Assembly: GCA_039591655.1 (NCBI GenBank) | Contig: JBDHDE010000004.1 | Span: 1,056-65,055, forward strand | DNA: 64,000 nt | Direction of reading: 5' to 3' | DNA from: Gemmatimonadota bacterium | GTDB lineage: Bacteria > Gemmatimonadota > Gemmatimonadetes > Gemmatimonadales > GWC2-71-9 | Made by a program: the position numbers and the translations under genes | In this document: piece by piece, positions 8,795 to 16,568 of the stretch | How the letters are laid out: each line of letters begins with the position of its first letter | Position numbering within the stretch: position 1 is the stretch's first letter | The notes under the pieces: model-generated | Databases searched by the model: none | Seen by the model: the letters and a program-made list of their open reading frames with translations, nothing else | What the model was told of the DNA's origin: nothing

Positions 8795-11227
8795 TTGGAC
8801 AACTACGAGAAGCTCGGCGCCTTCTACCTGGGCCGGCCCTACGACCTGGCTGAGAAGCGAGGCGAGGGGCTGCTGCTGTACGACTCGAAGGACCTGGTCA
8901 CCCATGCGGTCTGCGTGGGCATGACCGGCAGCGGCAAGACGGGTCTTTGCATCGGTCTCCTGGAGGAGGCTGCCATCGACGGCATCCCTGCCATCGTCAT
9001 CGACCCGAAAGGCGACATGGCGAACCTGCTGCTGACGTTTCCGGAGCTGCGCCCGGAGGATTTCCAGCCCTGGGTGAACGAGGGGGACGCGCGCAAGAAG
9101 GACGTCTCGGTCGAAGAGTACGCGCGGCAGCAGGCTAACCTGTGGAAGAACGGCTTGGCCGGCTGGCAGCAGGATGGCTCGCGGATCAGGCGGCTGAGGG
9201 AATCGGCGGACTTCGCCGTGTACACGCCCGGCAGCACGGCGGGCCTGCCGGTGTCGATCGTCGCGTCGTTCGCCGCGCCGCCTCCGGCACTGCTGAAGGA
9301 CCCCGAGCTTCTCGGTGATCGCATCAGCACTACGGTGACCAGCTTGCTAGCGCTCCTGGGCGTCGCTGCCGACCCGATCAAGAGCCGCGAGCACATCCTG
9401 CTCTCGACGATCATGGGTGAGGCCTGGGGGGCGGGGCGGGATCTGGATCTGCCGGCCTTGATCCAGGCGATCCAACAGCCGCCGTTCTCGAAGGTGGGGG
9501 TCATCGATCTCGAGTCGTTCTACCCGGCCGACGACCGGTTCGAGCTGGCCATGACGCTAAACAACCTGCTGGCGGCGCCTGGGTTCAGCGCGTGGATGGA
9601 GGGCGAGCCCCTGGAGATCGACCGCATGCTGTACACGGCGGAAGGAACGCCGCGGGTCTCGATCTTCTCCATCGCCCATCTGAGTGAAGCGGAGCGCATG
9701 TTCTTCGTCGCGCTGCTGCTCAACCAAGTCGTGGGCTGGATGCGCGGCCAATCGGGCACCTCGAGCCTGCGGGCGCTCGTCTACATGGACGAGATCTTCG
9801 GCTTCTTCCCGCCCGTCGCGAACCCGCCGTCCAAGCAGCCGTTGTTGACGCTCCTCAAGCAGGGACGCGCCTACGGGTTGGGAGTGGTGCTCGCCACACA
9901 GAACCCGGTGGACCTCGACTACAAGGGGCTGTCCAACACGGGCAGCTGGTTCATCGGCCGCCTCCAGACTGAGCGCGACAAGGCACGGGTACTGGAGGGG
10001 TTGGAGGGCGCGGCCGCGGGCAGCGGCACGCGGTTCGACCGCCGGGCGATGGAAGAGACGCTGGCCGGCCTGGGCAAGCGCGTGTTCCTGTTGAACAACG
10101 TGCACGAGGATGAGCCCGCCGTGTTCGAGACCCGCTGGGTGATGTCTTATCTGCGGGGGCCGCTGACCCGCGATCAGATCAAGCGGCTCGTCAAACCCCG
10201 CCGCCAGCAGGCGCGCGGCGAAGAACGGGCAGGAGCGAAGTCCAGGGCCGGCCGTCCGGCCGCGACGGCGGCCAGCGGCGAGCGGCCAATGCTGCCCCCG
10301 TCGATTGCCCAGCACTTCATCCCCTGGCGTGGGGAGCGGGAGGCCGATGCCACCCCGGTGTACCGGCCGGGGCTGCTCGCCGCCGCAAAGATCCGGTACT
10401 CCGACCGACGCACGAAGGTAGAGCATGCCGAGGAGACCGTGACGCTGGCAGAGTTGGCGGACGGTCCGGTGGTGGTGGAGTGGGACGAGGCGGTGCAGGT
10501 CGATCTCGACGTGTCCGATCTGGAGCCGACCCCGGACGATGTGGCCCGCTTCGGTGAGCCACCGGCCGCCGCCGGACAGAGGAAGAACTATACGGCATGG
10601 AAGCGCGAGTACCGGGATTGGCTCTACCGCAGCCGGGCAGTCACGCTCTTCAAGAGCCCCACGTTCAAAGAGTACTCGCAACCCTGCGAGTCCGAGCGCG
10701 ACTTCCGAGTGCGGCTGCGGCAGCGGGCGCGGGAACAGCGTGATGCAGCGCTCGAGAAGTTGCGCAAGAAGTACGGGAAGAAGATCGCGACCCTCGAGGA
10801 ACGAGTGAGGCGGGCCGAGCAGGCCATGGAGCGAGAGGCAGAGCAGGCGAAGCAGGCGAAGATGCAGACGGCGATCTCGTTCGGCGCTACGCTGCTCACC
10901 GCCATGATGGGTCGCAAGGCCGCGTCCCGCTCGTCACTGGGCCGTGCCACGACTACAGCGCGGGGGGTCGGCCGCTCGATGAGGGAGTCGCAGGACGTGG
11001 GCCGTGCCCGGGCCACGCTTAGATCCCACCAGCAGAGGCTGGGCGACCTCGAGGCGGAGTTCGAGGCGGAGACCGAGGAGCTCCGGGTGCTATACGACCC
11101 AACCACCGTGGAGCTGGAGGAGGTGCAGGTCCGGCCCAAGAAGAAGGACATCGCCGTGAGCATGGTGGCGCTCGCATGGGCTCCGTACTGGGAGCGGTCA
11201 GCTGGCGAGGCCGTGCCCGCGTGGTGA
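8795..11227 (+). CDS. HerA/FtsK/TraG-superfamily P-loop ATPase with long C-terminal coiled-coil region
   Basis: 810 aa, TTG start with GGAGGT 6 nt upstream. Walker A 'GMTGSGKTG', Walker B 'LVYMDEIFGFF', 'VVLATQNPVDLDYKGLSNTGSWFIGRLQTERDK' typical of HerA-like ATPases. C-terminal third is charged and coiled ('EKLRKKYGKKIATLEERVRRAEQAMEREAEQAKQAK'). Confidence 0.85.
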   Translation: MDNYEKLGAFYLGRPYDLAEKRGEGLLLYDSKDLVTHAVCVGMTGSGKTGLCIGLLEEAAIDGIPAIVIDPKGDMANLLLTFPELRPEDFQPWVNEGDARKKDVSVEEYARQQANLWKNGLAGWQQDGSRIRRLRESADFAVYTPGSTAGLPVSIVASFAAPPPALLKDPELLGDRISTTVTSLLALLGVAADPIKSREHILLSTIMGEAWGAGRDLDLPALIQAIQQPPFSKVGVIDLESFYPADDRFELAMTLNNLLAAPGFSAWMEGEPLEIDRMLYTAEGTPRVSIFSIAHLSEAERMFFVALLLNQVVGWMRGQSGTSSLRALVYMDEIFGFFPPVANPPSKQPLLTLLKQGRAYGLGVVLATQNPVDLDYKGLSNTGSWFIGRLQTERDKARVLEGLEGAAAGSGTRFDRRAMEETLAGLGKRVFLLNNVHEDEPAVFETRWVMSYLRGPLTRDQIKRLVKPRRQQARGEERAGAKSRAGRPAATAASGERPMLPPSIAQHFIPWRGEREADATPVYRPGLLAAAKIRYSDRRTKVEHAEETVTLAELADGPVVVEWDEAVQVDLDVSDLEPTPDDVARFGEPPAAAGQRKNYTAWKREYRDWLYRSRAVTLFKSPTFKEYSQPCESERDFRVRLRQRAREQRDAALEKLRKKYGKKIATLEERVRRAEQAMEREAEQAKQAKMQTAISFGATLLTAMMGRKAASRSSLGRATTTARGVGRSMRESQDVGRARATLRSHQQRLGDLEAEFEAETEELRVLYDPTTVELEEVQVRPKKKDIAVSMVALAWAPYWERSAGEAVPAW

Positions 11228-11251
11228 GGGCCTAGGCCGGACCGGCGTGCG

Positions 11252-11599
11252 TCACGCCCGGATCATGGTGAGCGTCATCTTGAACCGCTGATCCGCCCGC
11301 ACCGCGTGGGGCCGGTTCCCGGGCATGATGATCGCATCTCCTTGATGCAGGCGGGAGGGCTCGCCGGCGATTGTGATCTCGGCCTCGCCGTCGAGCACTA
11401 CCACCAGGGCGTCGAAGGGAACGGTGTGCTCGCTGAGGCTCTCCCCCGCGTCGAACGCGAACAGGGTCACGGAGCCGGTCTGGCGCTTGAGGATCGTCCG
11501 GCTCACGACGGCTCCCGCTTGGTAGCTCACGAGGTCAGCGAGAGGCGCGGCGCTGCCGGCGAGATCGCCGGGGTCGGATGGGGCGCGGTCGGCTGTCAT
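11252..11599 (-). CDS. Cupin domain protein
   Basis: Only the last 115 aa (MTADRAPS..., ATG at 11599) of the 351-aa track ORF look coding. 'FDAGESLSEHTVPFDALVVVLDGEAEI...GDAIIMPGNRPHAV' is a two-motif cupin barrel. Confidence 0.8.
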   Translation of the reverse strand: MTADRAPSDPGDLAGSAAPLADLVSYQAGAVVSRTILKRQTGSVTLFAFDAGESLSEHTVPFDALVVVLDGEAEITIAGEPSRLHQGDAIIMPGNRPHAVRADQRFKMTLTMIRA

Positions 11600-11939
11600 G
11601 GCGTCTGCCCGGCGTAGTATGCGATAACAGGGATGCTGGGGCCCTAACGGCTGTTGCACGATCCACCAGTACGAACACCCCGGGTCGCCCGGCGCGCCAG
11701 TCCTGACCTCGCGGCCTCCCCCGAAATCCCTGACCGCGCCCTCCTGCCGGACCAGCCCACCACTCTGGGCGAGATGCCAGGTGTGGGAAGGAATCGGCTG
11801 CGGGCTCGAGTTCCGGAACCGTCGCCCCCTTTGGGGGTTACGGACCATGGTAGGGCCCCAGCTGGGGCGCGGCCCGACGCTTCTGGCGCGGCGGTCCGAA
11901 AAGCCATTACATTTGTAGACTTTCCCTAGCCAGGAGGCC

Positions 11940-12383
11940 ATGCCCATGGCGACGGTGCTCGACATCCTGGGGCGGAAGGGTGGTGAGGTAGTCTCGATGG
12001 CCGCTGACGAAACGGTGCTGAATGCGGCGCGCACTATGAACGAGCGCGGCATCGGCAGCGTCGTCGTAACCGAGGACGGCAATGTCGTCGGCATCTTCAC
12101 GGAGCGCGATGTGCTGCGGCGCGTGGTGGCGGAGCAGAAGGACCCGGCCAACACGTCGGTGCGTGAGGTCATGACCTCCCCCGTGATCACGTGTCGACCC
12201 GAGGCCGGTCTGGAGGAGTGCGCCGCCGTCTTCACCGAGAAGCGGGTACGGCACCTGCCCGTGGTGGACGACGGGGGTCTCCGGGGCATGATCACCAGCG
12301 GGGACATCTTGGCTCACCAGATGGAGGAGCAGAAGGACACCATCAAGTATCTGAATAGCTACGTCTTCGATCTGCGGAGCTGA
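11940..12383 (+). CDS. CBS-domain pair protein
   Basis: 147 aa, AGGAGG 2 nt upstream of the ATG. Two CBS repeats ('GIGSVVVTEDGNVVGIFTERDVLRRV' and 'VRHLPVVDDGGLRGMITSGDIL'). Confidence 0.9.
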   Translation: MPMATVLDILGRKGGEVVSMAADETVLNAARTMNERGIGSVVVTEDGNVVGIFTERDVLRRVVAEQKDPANTSVREVMTSPVITCRPEAGLEECAAVFTEKRVRHLPVVDDGGLRGMITSGDILAHQMEEQKDTIKYLNSYVFDLRS

Positions 12384-12411
12384 TCGCCGCTCCCTTTCCC
12401 GGAGCTGTTCC

Positions 12412-15249
12412 ATGAAGCACCGCGTTCTGCAAGCGGCCTGCGTCGTTACCCTCGGCGCGGCCGTTTGTCGCGTCGGGGCCGCGCAGCAAGTGCCGGCCGT
12501 CACCGTCAGCACGCAGGCGGCGGACACGCTGCCCGCGGACCCGCGTGTCACCGTCGGCGTCCTGGAGAACGGTCTCCGGTACTACATCCGGGCCAACGGA
12601 CGTCCCGAGCAGCGCGCGGAGCTGCGGCTCGTGGTGAACGCCGGTTCCGTGCTGGAGGACGATGACCAGCGGGGTCTGGCCCACTTCGTCGAGCACATGG
12701 CGTTCAACGGCACCAGGCATTTCCCCAAACAGGAGCTGGTGGACTACCTGGAGCTGATTGGCATGCGGTTCGGCCCGGACCTGAATGCGTTCACCCAGTT
12801 CGACGAGACCGTGTACATGCTGACGGTGCCTACCGACAGTGCCGTGATACTCGAGCAGGCGTTCCAGATCCTGGAGGATTGGGCACAGCACCAGCTGTTC
12901 GACTCGCTGGAGATCGAGAGAGAGCGGGGCGTGGTGCTGGAGGAGTGGCGCCTGGGACAGGGCGCGGGATCGCGCATGCGGGACAAGCAGCTCCCCATCC
13001 TGTTTCGTGGATCCCGCTATGCCGTCCGCCTCCCCATCGGTGAGCGGGACGTGCTGGAGACCTTTGACCACGAGGCGCTCAAGCGGTACTACGCCCGGTG
13101 GTACCGGCCGGACCTCATGGCTGTGGTGGCGGTGGGCGATTTCGACGTGGAGGCGATCGAGGGGCTGATCCGCCAGCACTTCGAACCTCTCGCCGTCCCG
13201 GAGGAGCCGGCGGCGCGTCCCGTCTACGGCGTGCCGGACCACGAGGGCACCCTGTTTGCGATCGCCACCGACGCCGAAGCCACCAACTCACAGATCGCGG
13301 TCTACTTCAAGCAAGCCCTGCGACCGGCGGGTACTGTGGCCGACTACCGCCAGGCGCTGGTTGAGGCGCTCTACAATCAGATGCTCAGCCAACGCCTCTT
13401 CGAGCTCACCCAGACCGCCGAGCCACCCTACCTGGGCGCCTTCTCGGGTCAGGGACGGATCGTGCGCTCGAAGGAGGTCTACATGTTGGCGGCCCTCGTG
13501 CAGGAGGGCGGACTCATCACGGGGCTGGAGGCGCTGCTGACCGAGGCGGAGCGGGTGGCCCGCTACGGGTTCGCCGCCTCGGAGCTCGACCGGGCCAAGA
13601 CCGAGCTGCTGCGTGGTCTGGAGCAGGCCTACGATGAGCGGGAGAACACGGACTCCCGGATGCATGTCGCAGAGTACCTGCGGCACTTTCTCGAGGGGGA
13701 GCCGTTTCCCGGCATCGAGTACGAGTTCGCGCTCACCGGCGAGCTCCTTCCCACCATCGGTCTCGCCGAGGTGAATCGGCTGGCGAGTGAGTGGATCACC
13801 GAGGGCAACCGAGCGGTGCTGGTCAACGCTCCGGAGAAGGAAGGGCTCCAGACGCCCAACGAGGCTGCCTTGACCGCCGTATTCCTGGACGTGGCGGCGA
13901 GGCCCATCGAGCCGTACGAGGACGCCGTGGCCGACGTGCCGCTGGTAGCGGACATGCCGGCTGCGGGGCGCGTGGTGCGGCAGGAGAGCGTCGAGGAAGT
14001 CGGGCTCACGATTTGGGAGTTGGCTAACGGCGCTCGGGTGCTGCTCAAGCCCACCGACTTCAAGGATGACGAGATCCTGTTCGATGCGTGGAGCCCAGGT
14101 GGTACGTCCCTGGCTGCCGACGAGAGCTACGTCGCCGCGACGACCGCCGCCGGTGTCGTGCGCACGAGCGGTGCGGGGGCATTCACCCTGGTCGAGCTGG
14201 ACAAGGCGCTGGCCGGCCGTGCGGCGAGCGTGCGGCCCTACGTTTCCTCACTGTACGAAGGGCTCTCGGGCAGTGCCTCGCCGCAAGACATCGAGACGCT
14301 GTTCCAACTCATCTACCTGTACGCAACGGCCCCGCGGCGGGACAGCACGTTGTTCGCCTCCTACCAGACCCGTATCAAGGCCAGCCTCGAGAACCGCAGC
14401 GCGAGTCCGGAGATCGCGTTCTGGGATACCGTGGACGTGGTGCTCAGCCAGCATCACTTCCGGCGGCGGCCCCCCACGGCCGCGCTGTACGACGAGATGG
14501 ATCTGGACGAGTCGCTGGCGTTCTACCGCGACCGCTTCGCCGATGCCGGCGACTTCACCTTCGTCTTCGTGGGTCGCTTCGATCCTGACTCCCTCCGCCC
14601 CCTCGTGGAGGCCTACCTGGGGAGCCTCCCGTCCATCGATCGCGAGGAGAGTTGGCGGGACGAGGGTATCGAGCCGCCCACGGGAGTGATCCGGCGGACG
14701 GTCCAGCGGGGCGTGGAGCCCAAGAGCCTCACGGTGCTGGCGTTCACCGGCGGCTTCGAGTATACGAATGAGAACCGCTACGTGCTGCGGTCGCTGGACG
14801 AAGTGCTCCAGATCCGGTTGCGGGAGCGCCTGCGCGAGGATCTGGGTGGGACCTACGGCGTGGGTGTGCGGAGCTCAGCGGTTCCTGTTCCAACCGCGGA
14901 GTACTCGATCTTCATAGAGTTCGGCTCGGCGCCTGAGCGGGTGGAGGAGCTGGTGGGTGTCGTGTTCCAGCAGCTCGACAGCCTCGGCAGGGAGGGGCCA
15001 ACGGACGAGGAGCTCGACAAGGTGAAGGAGGCCCAGCGCAGGGCGCGGGAGACCCGTCTGAGGCAGAACGGATTCTGGCTGTCACTGCTGCTGCTGTACG
15101 ATCGCTATGGGCTCGAGCTTGCCGACGTCGGGAGGTTCGAGGCTCTAGTGGAGAGCCTGGACGCGCGTATGATTCAGGAAGCCGCGCGGCGGTATCTGCG
15201 GCCCGACAATTACGTCGAGGTGACGCTCTACCCGGAGACGATGAACTAG
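12412..15249 (+). CDS. M16-family (pitrilysin/insulinase) zinc peptidase, fused double-module form
   Basis: 945 aa with signal peptide. Inverted zinc motif HxxEH 'HFVEHMAFNG'. Four-domain length consistent with a fused M16B pair. Confidence 0.92.
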   Translation: MKHRVLQAACVVTLGAAVCRVGAAQQVPAVTVSTQAADTLPADPRVTVGVLENGLRYYIRANGRPEQRAELRLVVNAGSVLEDDDQRGLAHFVEHMAFNGTRHFPKQELVDYLELIGMRFGPDLNAFTQFDETVYMLTVPTDSAVILEQAFQILEDWAQHQLFDSLEIERERGVVLEEWRLGQGAGSRMRDKQLPILFRGSRYAVRLPIGERDVLETFDHEALKRYYARWYRPDLMAVVAVGDFDVEAIEGLIRQHFEPLAVPEEPAARPVYGVPDHEGTLFAIATDAEATNSQIAVYFKQALRPAGTVADYRQALVEALYNQMLSQRLFELTQTAEPPYLGAFSGQGRIVRSKEVYMLAALVQEGGLITGLEALLTEAERVARYGFAASELDRAKTELLRGLEQAYDERENTDSRMHVAEYLRHFLEGEPFPGIEYEFALTGELLPTIGLAEVNRLASEWITEGNRAVLVNAPEKEGLQTPNEAALTAVFLDVAARPIEPYEDAVADVPLVADMPAAGRVVRQESVEEVGLTIWELANGARVLLKPTDFKDDEILFDAWSPGGTSLAADESYVAATTAAGVVRTSGAGAFTLVELDKALAGRAASVRPYVSSLYEGLSGSASPQDIETLFQLIYLYATAPRRDSTLFASYQTRIKASLENRSASPEIAFWDTVDVVLSQHHFRRRPPTAALYDEMDLDESLAFYRDRFADAGDFTFVFVGRFDPDSLRPLVEAYLGSLPSIDREESWRDEGIEPPTGVIRRTVQRGVEPKSLTVLAFTGGFEYTNENRYVLRSLDEVLQIRLRERLREDLGGTYGVGVRSSAVPVPTAEYSIFIEFGSAPERVEELVGVVFQQLDSLGREGPTDEELDKVKEAQRRARETRLRQNGFWLSLLLLYDRYGLELADVGRFEALVESLDARMIQEAARRYLRPDNYVEVTLYPETMN

Positions 15250-15693
15250 ATGGCCGCTTGGCGGCTCACCGCCTGTGTCCTGCTGGTCTCCGGATGCGTA
15301 GAGTCCATCGAGCCGGACTGCGCGCTCCCGGCGGGCGGAGTCGTGCTCCGCGACGCTGACTCCACCGTCATGGTGAGCCCGCTGTTCGCCGGCGCCCAGG
15401 TGGACTCGCTGGGGCTGTATGCCGGTCGTATCCTGCTCCTCCCCGAGGCGGCTGTGGCGGAGCACGCCCACGCAGACGCCGAGGAACTGGTGTTCGTAAC
15501 CTGCGGCGGGGGCGAGATGATCCTGGACGGAGTGGAGCACGTGCTCGAGACCGGCACCTCCCTGCGCATCCCGCGGGACGCGCAGCATACGGTCATGGCG
15601 GGCCCGCGGGGGCTCCTGGCCGTGCAGGTGTACCGGCCTGGAGGGCCGGGGAAGCGATTCTACGATTGGGCTGCCATGCTGGGGGAGCGGTGA
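15250..15693 (+). CDS. Cupin-like lipoprotein
   Basis: ATG abuts the M16 stop (TAGATG). Lipobox 'LLVSGC'. 'EHAHADAEELVFVTCGGGEMILDGVEH...LRIPRDAQH' is cupin-like. Confidence 0.65.
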   Translation: MAAWRLTACVLLVSGCVESIEPDCALPAGGVVLRDADSTVMVSPLFAGAQVDSLGLYAGRILLLPEAAVAEHAHADAEELVFVTCGGGEMILDGVEHVLETGTSLRIPRDAQHTVMAGPRGLLAVQVYRPGGPGKRFYDWAAMLGER

Positions 15694-15724
15694 TCTGACT
15701 GCCGGGTGACGGAGGAGGTGGATC

Positions 15725-16546
15725 GTGTTCGAGGCCCGTCGGCCTGCCGTGGCAGGCATGTTCTATCCCGCCGATCCTGACGAGCTTCACGCCATGGTAG
15801 ACGAGATGCTCGCGGAAGTCGACGCGGAGCGCACACCGGCGCGGGCGGCCATTGCGCCGCACGCGGGGCTCATCTACTCGGGGCGCTGCGCCGCACACGT
15901 GTGGGGGCGCCTGATCATTCCCGAGACGGTCGTCATCATCGCTCCCAATCACACTGGGCTCCAGGACAACCGCGGCGGCGCGGGCGCATGGGACCGAGGC
16001 GTGTTCGAGACGCCGCTGGGCAGCGTTCCGGTCGCCCACGAGTTTCTGGAGGAGGTAGAGGGCGAGTGCGCCCTCCTGCGACACGACCGAGCTGCGCACC
16101 TGCGGGAGCATGCCATCGAGGTCGAGCTGCCGTTTCTCAAGGTCCTGGCTCCTGAAGCGAAGCTCGCACCCATCGTGCTCGCGTGGGACGAGTGGAAACG
16201 CGCGAAGGAGCTGGCTCAAGCGCTGGCGGCCGCCGTTTCCCGCTCGTCCACCGGTGTGCTGCTGGTGGCCTCCTCGGACATGACCCACTATGAATCCGCG
16301 TCGACTGCTGCCCGCAAGGACGAGCTGGCGCTGGCGGCCGTCGGGCGCCTCGATGGTGAGGAGCTGCTGCAGGTGTGCCGCAGGGAGGGCGTCACGATGT
16401 GCGGCCGGGGGCCCGCGGCTGTCGTGGTCGAGACCGCGCGGCAACTCGGCGCCAACAGCGCCGAAATCGTGGACTATCGGCACAGTGGGTGGGTGACCGG
16501 CGACGATTCAGAGGTCGTAGCCTACGCAGGAGTCGTGATCAACTAG
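15725..16546 (+). CDS. Memo-like protein (AmmeMemoRadiSam system protein B family)
   Basis: 273 aa, GTG start with GGAGGAGGTG upstream. 'RRPAVAGMFYPADPDEL', 'APHAGLIYSG', 'SSDMTHYE', 'CGRGP' match the MEMO1/AmmeMemoSam_B signature. Confidence 0.85.
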   Translation: MFEARRPAVAGMFYPADPDELHAMVDEMLAEVDAERTPARAAIAPHAGLIYSGRCAAHVWGRLIIPETVVIIAPNHTGLQDNRGGAGAWDRGVFETPLGSVPVAHEFLEEVEGECALLRHDRAAHLREHAIEVELPFLKVLAPEAKLAPIVLAWDEWKRAKELAQALAAAVSRSSTGVLLVASSDMTHYESASTAARKDELALAAVGRLDGEELLQVCRREGVTMCGRGPAAVVVETARQLGANSAEIVDYRHSGWVTGDDSEVVAYAGVVIN

Positions 16547-16568
16547 CGTCGTAGGGGTGGACTGGCGA

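Noticed and set aside
11252-12307. 351-aa ORF suggesting a large protein ending in the cupin domain
   Set aside because: Only the last 115 codons (from ATG 11599) look coding. The upstream part runs antisense through the CBS gene and the 340-nt gap and has Ser/Thr/Arg/Pro-rich nonsense composition.
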